Assembly: GCA_043228905.1 (NCBI GenBank)
Contig: JBHGNT010000046.1
Coordinates: forward strand, 124,001 to 188,000
DNA: 64,000 bases
Direction of reading: 5' to 3'
Source of the DNA: Azolla caroliniana
Taxonomy: Eukaryota > Plantae > Polypodiophyta
The translations under genes were made by a program, and so were the position numbers. The notes under the pieces are model-generated. The model did not search any database and had not been told where the DNA came from. It saw nothing but the letters and a program-made list of their open reading frames with translations. Below are positions 26,100-39,950 of this stretch, piece by piece; position 1 is the first letter of the stretch, and each line of letters opens with the position of its first letter.

Positions 26100-28780
26100 A
26101 CGAGCCAGGTATGAACATTTTAATTTACTCAAGGGCTCCTCTCAACTCACTCCTGAAATTTGGTAATTTCATCATGTCTCTCGACCTGAGTTTCAAAATC
26201 TTGATTTTTTAATTCCATATCATAGCTAGCATTGTTAGCTTCGATTCGCATGTTTGAACACAAGAATACGATATTACACGAGCCAGGTATGAACATTGTA
26301 TTTTACTCAAGGGCTCCTCTCAACTCCCTCCTAAAATTTGCTAATTTCGTCATGTCTCTCGACCTGAGTTTCAAAATCTTGATTTTTTAATTCCATATCA
26401 TAGCTAGCGTTGTTAGCTTCGATTCGCATGTTTGAACACAAAAATCCGATATCACACTCGCCAGGTATGAACATTTTAATTTACTCAAGGGCTCCTCTCA
26501 ACTCACTCCTCAAATTTGCTAATTTCGTCATGTCTCTCGACCTGAGTTTCAAAATCTTGATTTTTTAATTCCATATCATAGCTAGCGTTGTTAGCTTCGA
26601 TTCGCATGTTTGAACACGAAAATCCGATATCACACGAGCCAGGTATGAACATTTTCATTTACTCAAGGGGTCCTCTCAACTCACTCCTCAAATTTGCTAA
26701 TTTCGTCATGTCTCTCGACCTGAGTTTCAAAATCTTGATTTTTTAATTCCATATCATAGCTAGCGTTGTTAGCTTCGATTCGCATGTTTGAACACAAAAA
26801 TCCGATATCACACTCGCCACGTATGAACATTTTAATTTTCCTACTAGCTCTTCCCAACTCACTCCTCAAATTTGGTAATTTCGTCATGTCTCTCGACCTG
26901 AGTTTCCAAATCTTACTTTTTTCATACCATATCATAGCTAGCGTTGTTAGCTTCGATTCGCATGTTTGAGCACAAAAATTCGATATCACAGGAGCCAGGT
27001 ATGAACATTTTCATTTACTCAAGGGCTCCTCTCAACTCACTCCTCAAATTTGGTAATTTCGTCATGTCTCTCGACCTGAGTTTCAAAATCTTGATTTTTT
27101 AATTCCATATCATAGCTAGCGTTGTTAGCTTCGATTCGCATGTTTGAGCACAAAAATACGATATCACAAGAGCCAGGTATGAACATTTTAATTTACCCAA
27201 GGGCTCCTCTCAACTCACTCCTCTAATTTGGTAATTTCGTCATGTCTCTGGACCTGAGTTTCAATATCTTCATTTTTTAATTCCATATCATAGCTAGCGT
27301 TGTTAGCTTCGATTCGCATGTTTGAACACAAAAATCCGATATCACACGAGCCACGTATGAACATTTTAATTTACTTCCCAGCTATTCTCAACTCACTCGT
27401 CAAATTTGGTAATTTCGTCATGTCTCTCGACCTGAGTTTCAAAATCTTGATTTTTTAATTCAATATCATAGCTAGCGTTGTTAGCTTCGATTCGCATGTT
27501 TGAACACAAATATCCGATATCACACGAGCCAGGTATGAACATTTTAATTTACTCAAGGGCTCCTTTCAACTCACTCCTGAAATTTGGTAATTTCATCATG
27601 TCTCTCGACCTGAGTTTCAAAATCTTGATTTTTTAATTCCATATCATAGCTAGCATTGTTAGCTTCGATTCGCATGTTTGAACACAAGAATACGATATTA
27701 CACGAGCCAGGTATGAACATTGTATTTTACTCAAGGGCTCCTCTCAACTCCCTCCTAAAATTTGCTAATTTCGTCATGTCTCTCGACCTGAGTTTCAAAA
27801 TCTTGATTTTTTAATTCCATATCATAGCTAGCGTTGTTAGCTTCGATTCGCATGTTTGAACACAAAAATCCGATATCACACTCGCCAGGTATGAACATTT
27901 TAATTTACTCAAGGGCTCCTCTCAACTCACTCCTCAAATTTGCTAATTTCGTCATGTCTCTCGACCTGAGTTTCAATATCTTGATTTTTTAATTCCATAT
28001 CATAGCTAGCGTTGTTAGCTTCGATTCGCATGTTTGAACACGAAAATCCGATATCACACGAGCCAGGTATGAACATTTTCATTTACTCAAGGGCTCCTCT
28101 CAACTCACTCCTCAAATTTGCTAATTTCGTCATGTCTCTCGACCTGAGTTTCAAAATCTTGATTTTTTAATTCCATATCATAGCTAGCGTTGTTAGCTTC
28201 GATTCGCATGTTTGAACACAAAAATCCGATATCACACTCGCCACGTATGAACATTTTAATTTTCCTACTAGCTCTTCCCAACTCACTCCTCAAATTTGGT
28301 AATTTCGTCATGTCTCTCGACCTGAGTTTCCAAATCTTACTTTTTTCATACCATATCATAGCTAGCGTTGTTAGCTTCGATTCGCATGTTTGAGCACAAA
28401 AATTCGATATCACAGGAGCCAGGTATGAACATTTTCATTTACTCAAGGGCTCCTCTCAACTCACTCCTCAAATTTGGTAATTTCGTCATGTCTCTCGACC
28501 TGAGTTTCAAAATCTTGATTTTTTAATTCCATATCATAGCTAGCGTTGTTAGCTTCGATTCGCATGTTTGAGCACAAAAATACGATATCACAAGAGCCAG
28601 GTATGAACATTTTAATTTACCCAAGGGCTCCTCTCAACTCACTCCTCTAATTTGGTAATTTCGTCATGTCTCTGGACCTGAGTTTCAATATCTTCATTTT
28701 TTAATTCCATATCATAGCTAGCGTTGTTAGCTTCGATTCGCATGTTTGAACACAAAAATCCGATATCACACGAGCCAGGT
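26100..28780 (+). repeat. 8-mer (1,424 bp) higher-order repeat, about 2 copies; carried also at about 39450-42130 and about 47640-50320
   Basis: The variants TCTTACTTTT, TTACCCAAGG and CAAGAATACGATATTAC recur at +1424 (ORFs 26766/28190, 40116/41540, 48303/49727). Confidence 0.85.
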
Positions 28781-31700
28781 ATAAAAATTTTAATTTACTC
28801 AAGGGCTCCTCCCAACTCACTCCTCAAATTTGGTAATTTCGTCATGTCTCTCGACCTGAGTTTCAAAATCTTGATTTTTTAATTCCATATCATAGCTAGC
28901 GTTGTTAGCTTCGATTCGCATGTTTGAACACAAAAATCCGATATCACACTCGCCAGGTATGAACATTTTAATTTTCCTACTAGCTCTTCCCAACTCACTC
29001 CGCAAATTTGGTAATTTCGTCATGTCTCTCGACCTGAGTTTCCAAATCTTGATTTTTTCATACAATATCATAGCTAGCGTTGTTAGCTTCGATTTGCATG
29101 TTTGAGCACAAAAATTCGATATCACACGAGCCAGGTATGAACATTTTAATTTACTCAAGGGCTCCTCTCAACTCACTCCTGAAATTTGGTAATTTCATCA
29201 TGTCTCTCGACCTGAGTTTCAAAATCTTGATTTTTTAATTCCATATCATAGCTAGCATTGTTAGCTTCGATTCGCATGTTTGAACAGAAAAATCCGATAT
29301 TACACGAGCCAGGTATGAACATTGTATTTTACTCAAGGGCTCCTCTCAACTCCCTCCTAAAATTTGGTAATTTCATCATGTCTTTCGACCTGAGTTTCAA
29401 AATCTCGATTTTTTAATTCCATATCATAGCTAGTGTTGTTAGCTTCGATTCGCATGTTTGACCACAAAAATCCGATATCACACGAGCCACGTATGAACAT
29501 TTTAATTTACTTCCCAGCTATTCTCAACTCACTCGTCAAATTTGGTAATTTCGTCATGTCTCTCGACCTGAGTTTCAAAATCTTGATTTTTTAATTCAAT
29601 ATCATAGCTAGCGTTGTTAGCTTCGATTCGCATGTTTGAACACAAAAATCCGATATCACACGAGCCAGGTATGAACATTTTAATTTACTCAAGGGCTCCT
29701 TTCAACTCAGTCCTGAAATTTGGTAATTTCATCATGTCTCTCGACCTGAGTTTCAAAATCTTGATTTTTTAATTCCATATCATAGCTAGCGTTGTTAGCT
29801 TCGATTCGCATGTTTGAACACAAGAATACGATATTACACGAGCCAGGTATGAACATTGTATTTTACTCAAGGGCTCCTCTCAACTCCCTCCTAAAATTTG
29901 GTAATTTCGTCATGTCTCTGGACCTGAGCTTCAAAATCTTGATTTTTTAATTCCATATCATAGCTAGCGTTGTTAGCTTCGATTCGCATGTTTGAACCCA
30001 AAAATCCGATATCACACTCGCCAGGTATGAACATTTTACTTTACTCAAGGGCTCCTCCCAACTCACTTCTCAAATTTGGTAATTTCGTCATGTCTCTCGA
30101 CCTGAGTTTCAAAATCTTGATTTTTTAATTCCATATCATAGCTAGCGTTGTTAGCTTCGATTCGCATGTTTGAACACAAAAATCCGATATCACACTCGCC
30201 GGGTATGAACATTTTAATTTTCCTACTAGCTCTTCCCAACTCACTCCGCAAATTTGGTAATTTCGTCATGTCTCTCGACCTGAGTTTCCAAATCTTGATT
30301 TTTTCATACCATATCATAGCTAGCGTTGTTAGCTTCGATTTGCATGTTTGAGCACAAAAATTCGATATCACACGAGCTAGGTATGAACATTTTAATTTAC
30401 TCAAGGGCTCCTTTCAACTCACTCTTGAAATTTGGTAATTTCATCATGTCTCTCAAACTGAGTTTCAAAATCTTGATTTTTTAATTCCATATCATAGCTA
30501 GCGTTGTTAGCTTCGATTCGCATGTATGAGCACAAAAATTCGATATCACAAGAGCCAGGTATGAACATTTTAATTTACTCAAGGGCTCCTCTCAACTCAC
30601 TCCTCTAATTTGGTAATTTCGTCATGTCTCTGGACCTGAGTTTCAATATCTTCATTTTTTAATTCCATATCATAGCTAGCGTTGTTAGCTTCGATTCGCA
30701 TGTTTGAACACAAAAATCCGATATCACACGAGCCAGGTATGAACATTTTAATTTACTCAAGGGCTCCTCCCAACTCACTCCTCAAATTTGGTAATTTCGT
30801 CATGTCTCTCGACCTGAGTTTCAAAATCTTGATTTTTTAATTCCATATCATAGCTAGCGTTGTTAGCTTCGATTCGCATGTTTGAACACAAAAATCCGAT
30901 ATCACACTCGCCAGGTATGAACATTTTAATTTTCCTACTAGCTCTTCCCAACTCACTCCGCAAATTTGGTAATTTCGTCATGTCTCTCGACCTGAGTTTC
31001 CAAATCTTGATTTTTTCATACAATATCATATCTAGCGTTGTTAGCTTCGATTTGCATGTTTGAGCACAAAAATTCGATATCACACGAGCCAGGTATGAAC
31101 ATTTTAATTTACTCAAGGGCTCCTTTCAACTCACTCTTGAAATTTGGTAATTTCATCATGTCTCTCAAACTGAGTTTCAAAATCTTGATTTTTTAATTCC
31201 ATATCATAGCTAGCGTTGTTAGCTTCGATTCGCATGTTTGAACACAAAAATCCGATATCACACTCGCCACGTATGAACATTTTAATTTTCCTACTAGCTC
31301 TTCCCAACTCACTCCTCAAATTTGGTAATTTCGTCATGTCTCTCGACCTGAGTTTCCAAATCTTAATTTTTTCATACCATATCATAGCTAGCGTTGTTAG
31401 CTTCGATTCGCATGTTTGAGCACAAAAATTCGATATCACAGGAGCCAGGTATGAACATTTTCATTTACTCAAGGGCTCCTCTCAACTCACTCCTCAAATT
31501 TGGTAATTTCGTCATGTCTCTCGACCTGAGTTTCAAAATCTTGATTTTTTAATTCCATATCATAGCTAGCGTTGTTAGCTTCGATTCGCATGTTTGAGCA
31601 CAAAAATTCGATATCACAAGAGCCAGCTATGAACATTTTAATTTACTCAAGGGCTCCTCTCAACTCACTCCTCTAATTTGGTAATTTCGTCATGTCTCTG

Positions 31701-32119
31701 GACCTGAGTTTCAATATCTTCATTTTTTAATTCCATATCATAGCTAGCGTTGTTAGCTTCGATTCGCATGTTTGAACACAAAAATCCGATATCACACGAG
31801 CCAGGTATGAACATTTTAATTTACTCAAGGGCTCCTCTCAACTCCCTCCTAAAATTTGCTAATTTCGTCATGTCTCTCGACCTGAGTTTCAAAATCTTGA
31901 TTTTTTAATTCCATATCATAGCTAGCGTTGCTAGCTTCGATTCGCATGTTTGAACACAAAAATCCGATATCACACTCGCCAGGTATGAACATTTTAATTT
32001 ACTCAAGGGCTCCTCGCAACTCACTCCTCAAATTTGGTAATTTCGTCATGTCTCTCGACCTGAGTTTCGAAATCTTGATTTTTTAATTCCATATCATAGC
32101 TAGCGTTGTTAGCTTTGAT

Positions 32120-35100
32120 TCGCATGTTTGAACACGAAAATCCGATATCACACGAGCCAGGTATGAACATTTTCATTTACTCAAGGGCTCCTCTCAACTC
32201 ACTCCTCAAATTTGCTAATTTCGTCATGTCTCTCGACCTGAGTTTCAAAATCTTGATTTTTTAATTCCATATCATAGCTAGCGTTGTTAGCTTCGATTCG
32301 CATGTTTGAACACAAAAATCCGATATCACACTCGCCACGTATGAACATTTTAATTTTCCTACTAGCTCTTCCCAACTCACTCCTCAAATTTGGTAATTTC
32401 GTCATGTCTCTCGACCTGAGTTTCCAAATCTTAATTTTTTCATACCATATCATAGCTAGCGTTGTTAGCTTCGATTCGCATGTTTGAGCACAAAAATTCG
32501 ATATCACAAGAGCCAGGTATGAACATTTTAATTTACTCAAGGGCTCCTCTCAACTCACTCCTCTAATTTGGTAATTTTGTCATGTCTCTGGACCTGAGTT
32601 TCAATATCTTCATTTTTTAATTCCATATCATAGCTAGCGTTGTTAGCTTCGATTCGCATGTTTGAAAACAAAAATCCGATATCACACGAGCCAGGTATGA
32701 ACATTTTAATTTACTCAAGGGCTCCTCCCAACTCACTCCTCAAATTTGGTAATTTCGTCATGTCTCTCGACCTGAGTTTCAAAATCTTGATTTTTTAATT
32801 CCATATCATAGCTAGCGTTGTTAGCTTCGATTCGCATGTTTGAACACAAAAATCCGATATCACACTCGCCAGGTATGAACATTTTAATTTTCCTACTAGC
32901 TCTTCCCAACTCACTCCGCAAATTTGGTAATTTCGTCATGTCTCTCGACCTGAGTTTCCAAATCTTGATTTTTTCATACAATATCATATCTAGCGTTGTT
33001 AGCTTCGATTTGCATGTTTGAGCACAAAAATTCGATATCACACGAGCCAGGTATGAACATTTTAATTTACTGAAGGGCTCCTCTCAACTCACTCCTCAAA
33101 TTTGGTAATTTCGTCATGTCTCTCGACCTGAGTTTCAAAATCTTGATTTTTTAATTCTATATCATAGCTAGCGTTGTTAGCTTCGATTCGCATGTTTGAC
33201 CACAAAAATCCGATATCACACGAGCCAGGTATGAACATTGTATTTTACTCAAGGGCTCCTCTCATCTCCCTCCTAAAATTTGGTAATTTCATCATGTCTT
33301 TCGACCTGAGTTTCAAAATCTTGATTTTTTAATTCCATATCATAGGTAGCGTTGTCAGCTTCGAGTCGCATGTTTGACCACAAAAATCCGATATCACACG
33401 AGCCAGGTATGAACATTGTATTTTACTCAAGGGCTCCTCTCAACTCACTCCTCAAATTTGGTAATTTCGTCATGTCTCTCGACCTGAGTTTCAAAATCTT
33501 GATTTTTTAATTCTATATCATAGCTAGCGTTGTTAGCTTCGATTCGCATGTTTGACCACAAAAATCCGATATCACACGAGCCAGGTATGAACATTGTGTT
33601 TTACTCAAGGGCTCCTCTCATCTCCCTCCTAAAATTTGGTAATTTCATCATGTCTTTCGACCTGAGTTTCAAAATCTTGATTTTTTAATTCCATATGATA
33701 GCTAGCGCTGTTAGCTTCGATTCGCATGTTTGAACACAAAAATCCGATATCACACGAGCCAGGTATGAACATTTTAATTTACTCAAGGGCTCCTCCCAAC
33801 TCACTCCTCAAATTTGCTAATTTCGTCATGTCTCTCGACCTGAGTTTCAAAATCTTGATTTTTTAATTCCATATCATAGCTAGCGTTGTTAGCTTCGATT
33901 CGCATGTTTGAACACAAAAATCCGATATCACACTCGCCACGTATGAACATTTTAATTTTCCTACTCTCTCTTCCCAACTCACTCCGCAAATTTGGTAATT
34001 TCGTCATGTCTCTCGACCTGAGTTTCCAAATCTTGATTTTTTCAGACAATATCATAGCTAGCGTTGTTAGCTTCGATTTGCATGTTTGAGCACAAAAATT
34101 CGATATCACACGAGCCAGGTATGAACATTTTAATTTACTCAAGGGCTCCTCTCAACTCACTCCTCAAATTTGGTAATTTCGTCATGTCTCTCGACCTGAG
34201 TTTCAAAATCTTGATTTTTTAATTCTATATCATAGCTAGCGTTGTTAGCTTCGATTCGCATGTTTGACCACAAAAATCCGATATCACACGAGCCAGGTAT
34301 GAACATTGTATTTTATTCAAGGGCTCCTCTCATCTCCCTCCTAAAATTTAGTAATTTCATCATGTCTTTCGACCTGAGTTTCAAAATCTTGATTTTTTAA
34401 TTCCATATGATAGCTAGCGTTGTTAGCTTCGATTCGCATGTTTGCACACAAAAATCCGATATCACACGAGCCAGGTATGAACATTTTAATTTACTCAAGG
34501 GCTCCTCCCAACTCACTCCTCAAATTTGGTAATTTCGTCATGTCTCTCGACCTGAGTTTCAAAATCTTGATTTTTTAATTCCATATCATAGCTAGCGTTG
34601 TTAGCTTCGATTCGCATGTTTGAACACAAAAATCCGATATCACACTCGCCAGGTATGAACATTTTAATTTACCTCCAAGCTATTCTCAACTCACTCGTCA
34701 AATTTGGTAATTTCATCATGTCTTTCGACCTGAGTTTCAAAATCTCGATTTTTTAATTCCATATCATAGCTAGTGTTGTTAGCTTCGATTCGCATGTTTG
34801 ATCACAAAAATCCGATATCACACTCGCCACGTATGAACATTTTAATTTTCCTACTAGGTCTTCCCAACTCACTCCTCAAATTTGGTAATTTCGTCATGTC
34901 TCTCGACCTGAGTTTCCAAATCTTAATTTTTTAATTCCATATCATAGGTAGCGTTGTTAGCTTCGATTCGCATGTTTGACCACAAAAATCCGATATCACA
35001 CGAGCCAGGTATGAACATTGTATTTTACTCAAGGGCTCCTCTCAACTCCCTCCTAAAATTTGGTAATTTCATCATGTCTCTGGACCTGAGTTTCAATATC

Positions 35101-38100
35101 TTGATTTTTTAATTCCATATCATAGCTAGCGTTGTTAGCTTCGATTCGCAGGTTTGAACACAAAAATCCGATATCACACGAGCCAGGTATGAACATTTTA
35201 ATTTACTCAAGGGCTCCTCCGAACTCACTCGTCAAATTTGGTAATTTCATCATGTCTCTCGACCTGAGTTTCAAAATCTTGATTTTTTAATTCCATATCA
35301 TAGCTAGCGTTGTTAGCTTCGATTCGCATGTTTGAACACAAAAATCCGATATCACACTCGCCACGTATGAACATTTTAATTTTCCTACTAGCTCTTCCCA
35401 ACTCACTCCGCAAATTTGGTAATTTCGTCATGTCTCTCGACCTGAGTTTCCAAATCTTGATTTTTTCATACAATATCATAGCTAGCGTTGTTAGCTTCGA
35501 TTTGCATGTTTGAGCACAAAAATTCGATATCACACGAGCCAGGTATGAACATTTTAATTTACTCAAGGGCTCCTCTCAACTCACTCCTGAAATTTGGTAA
35601 TTTCATCATGTCTCTCGACCTGAGTTTCAAAATCTTGATTTTTTAATTCCATATCATAGCTAGCATTGTTAGCTTCGATTCGCATGTTTGAACACAAGAA
35701 TACGATATTACACGAGCCAGGTATGAACATTGTATTTTACTCAAGGGCTCCTCTCAACTCCCTCCTAAAATTTGCTAATTTCGTCATGTCTCTCGACCTG
35801 AGTTTCAAAATCTTGATTTTTTAATTCCATATCATAGCTAGCGTTGTTAGCTTCGATTCGCATGTTTGAACACAAAAATCCGATATCACACTCGCCAGGT
35901 ATGAACATTTTAATTTACTCAAGGGCTCCTCTCAACTCACTCCTCAAATTTGCTAATTTCGTCATGTCTCTCGACCTGAGTTTCAAAATCTTGATTTTTT
36001 AATTCCATATCATAGCTAGCGTTGTTAGCTTCGATTCGCATGTTTGAACACGAAAATCCGATATCACACGAGCCAGGTATGAACATTTTCATTTACTCAA
36101 GGGCTCCTCTCAACTCACTCCTCAAATTTGCTAATTTCGTCATGTCTCTCGACCTGAGTTTCAAAATCTTGATTTTTTAATTCCATATCATAGCTAGCGT
36201 TGTTAGCTTCGATTCGCATGTTTGAACACAAAAATCCGATATCACACTCGCCACGTATGAACATTTTAATTTTCCTACTAGCTCTTCCCAACTCACTCCT
36301 CAAATTTGGTAATTTCGTCATGTCTCTCGACCTGAGTTTCCAAATCTTAATTTTTTCATACCATATCATAGCTAGCGTTGTTAGCTTCGATTCGCATGTT
36401 TGAGCACAAAAATTCGATATCACAAGAGCCAGGTATGAACATTTTAATTTACTCAAGGGCTCCTCTCAACTCACTCCTCTAATTTGGTAATTTTGTCATG
36501 TCTCTGGACCTGAGTTTCAATATCTTCATTTTTTAATTCCATATCATAGCTAGCGTTGTTAGCTTCGATTCGCATGTTTGAAAACAAAAATCCGATATCA
36601 CACGAGCCAGGTATGAACATTTTAATTTACTCAAGGGCTCCTCCCAACTCACTCCTCAAATTTGGTAATTTCGTCATGTCTCTCGACCTGAGTTTCAAAA
36701 TCTTGATTTTTTAATTCCATATCATAGCTAGCGTTGTTAGCTTCGATTCGCATGTTTGAACACAAAAATCCGATATCACACTCGCCAGGTATGAACATTT
36801 TAATTTTCCTACTAGCTCTTCCCAACTCACTCCGCAAATTTGGTAATTTCGTCATGTCTCTCGACCTGAGTTTCCAAATCTTGATTTTTTCATACAATAT
36901 CATATCTAGCGTTGTTAGCTTCGATTTGCATGTTTGAGCACAAAAATTCGATATCACACGAGCCAGGTATGAACATTTTAATTTACTGAAGGGCTCCTCT
37001 CAACTCACTCCTCAAATTTGGTAATTTCGTCATGTCTCTCGACCTGAGTTTCAAAATCTTGATTTTTTAATTCTATATCATAGCTAGCGTTGTTAGCTTC
37101 GATTCGCATGTTTGACCACAAAAATCCGATATCACACGAGCCAGGTATGAACATTGTATTTTACTCAAGGGCTCCTCTCATCTCCCTCCTAAAATTTGGT
37201 AATTTCATCATGTCTTTCGACCTGAGTTTCAAAATCTTGATTTTTTAATTCCATATCATAGGTAGCGTTGTCAGCTTCGAGTCGCATGTTTGACCACAAA
37301 AATCCGATATCACACGAGCCAGGTATGAACATTGTATTTTACTCAAGGGCTCCTCTCAACTCACTCCTCAAATTTGGTAATTTCGTCATGTCTCTCGACC
37401 TGAGTTTCAAAATCTTGATTTTTTAATTCTATATCATAGCTAGCGTTGTTAGCTTCGATTCGCATGTTTGACCACAAAAATCCGATATCACACGAGCCAG
37501 GTATGAACATTGTGTTTTACTCAAGGGCTCCTCTCATCTCCCTCCTAAAATTTGGTAATTTCATCATGTCTTTCGACCTGAGTTTCAAAATCTTGATTTT
37601 TTAATTCCATATGATAGCTAGCGCTGTTAGCTTCGATTCGCATGTTTGAACACAAAAATCCGATATCACACGAGCCAGGTATGAACATTTTAATTTACTC
37701 AAGGGCTCCTCCCAACTCACTCCTCAAATTTGCTAATTTCGTCATGTCTCTCGACCTGAGTTTCAAAATCTTGATTTTTTAATTCCATATCATAGCTAGC
37801 GTTGTTAGCTTCGATTCGCATGTTTGAACACAAAAATCCGATATCACACTCGCCACGTATGAACATTTTAATTTTCCTACTCTCTCTTCCCAACTCACTC
37901 CGCAAATTTGGTAATTTCGTCATGTCTCTCGACCTGAGTTTCCAAATCTTGATTTTTTCAGACAATATCATAGCTAGCGTTGTTAGCTTCGATTTGCATG
38001 TTTGAGCACAAAAATTCGATATCACACGAGCCAGGTATGAACATTTTAATTTACTCAAGGGCTCCTCTCAACTCACTCCTCAAATTTGGTAATTTCGTCA

Positions 38101-39950
38101 TGTCTCTCGACCTGAGTTTCAAAATCTTGATTTTTTAATTCTATATCATAGCTAGCGTTGTTAGCTTCGATTCGCATGTTTGACCACAAAAATCCGATAT
38201 CACACGAGCCAGGTATGAACATTGTATTTTATTCAAGGGCTCCTCTCATCTCCCTCCTAAAATTTAGTAATTTCATCATGTCTTTCGACCTGAGTTTCAA
38301 AATCTTGATTTTTTAATTCCATATGATAGCTAGCGTTGTTAGCTTCGATTCGCATGTTTGCACACAAAAATCCGATATCACACGAGCCAGGTATGAACAT
38401 TTTAATTTACTCAAGGGCTCCTCCCAACTCACTCCTCAAATTTGGTAATTTCGTCATGTCTCTCGACCTGAGTTTCAAAATCTTGATTTTTTAATTCCAT
38501 ATCATAGCTAGCGTTGTTAGCTTCGATTCGCATGTTTGAACACAAAAATCCGATATCACACTCGCCAGGTATGAACATTTTAATTTACCTCCAAGCTATT
38601 CTCAACTCACTCGTCAAATTTGGTAATTTCATCATGTCTTTCGACCTGAGTTTCAAAATCTCGATTTTTTAATTCCATATCATAGCTAGTGTTGTTAGCT
38701 TCGATTCGCATGTTTGATCACAAAAATCCGATATCACACTCGCCACGTATGAACATTTTAATTTTCCTACTAGGTCTTCCCAACTCACTCCTCAAATTTG
38801 GTAATTTCGTCATGTCTCTCGACCTGAGTTTCCAAATCTTAATTTTTTAATTCCATATCATAGGTAGCGTTGTTAGCTTCGATTCGCATGTTTGACCACA
38901 AAAATCCGATATCACACGAGCCAGGTATGAACATTGTATTTTACTCAAGGGCTCCTCTCAACTCCCTCCTAAAATTTGGTAATTTCATCATGTCTCTGGA
39001 CCTGAGTTTCAATATCTTGATTTTTTAATTCCATATCATAGCTAGCGTTGTTAGCTTCGATTCGCAGGTTTGAACACAAAAATCCGATATCACACGAGCC
39101 AGGTATGAACATTTTAATTTACTCAAGGGCTCCTCCGAACTCACTCGTCAAATTTGGTAATTTCATCATGTCTCTCGACCTGAGTTTCAAAATCTTGATT
39201 TTTTAATTCCATATCATAGCTAGCGTTGTTAGCTTCGATTCGCATGTTTGAACACAAAAATCCGATATCACACTCGCCACGTATGAACATTTTAATTTTC
39301 CTACTAGCTCTTCCCAACTCACTCCGCAAATTTGGTAATTTCGTCATGTCTCTCGACCTGAGTTTCCAAATCTTGATTTTTTCATACAATATCATAGCTA
39401 GCGTTGTTAGCTTCGATTTGCATGTTTGAGCACAAAAATTCGATATCACACGAGCCAGGTATGAACATTTTAATTTACTCAAGGGCTCCTCTCAACTCAC
39501 TCCTGAAATTTGGTAATTTCATCATGTCTCTCGACCTGAGTTTCAAAATCTTGATTTTTTAATTCCATATCATAGCTAGCATTGTTAGCTTCGATTCGCA
39601 TGTTTGAACACAAGAATACGATATTACACGAGCCAGGTATGAACATTGTATTTTACTCAAGGGCTCCTCTCAACTCCCTCCTAAAATTTGCTAATTTCGT
39701 CATGTCTCTCGACCTGAGTTTCAAAATCTTGATTTTTTAATTCCATATCATAGCTAGCGTTGTTAGCTTCGATTCGCATGTTTGAACACAAAAATCCGAT
39801 ATCACACTCGCCAGGTATGAACATTTTAATTTACTCAAGGGCTCCTCTCAACTCACTCCTCAAATTTGCTAATTTCGTCATGTCTCTCGACCTGAGTTTC
39901 AAAATCTTGATTTTTTAATTCCATATCATAGCTAGCGTTGTTAGCTTCGA
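32120..39950 (+). repeat. Tandem duplication of a 22-monomer (3,916 bp) unit
   Basis: Pairs 32284/36200, 32818/36734, 33886/37802 and 35310/39226. Shared private SNPs at 33356/37272 and 33365/37281. The junction lies between about 36033 and about 36350. Confidence 0.9.
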
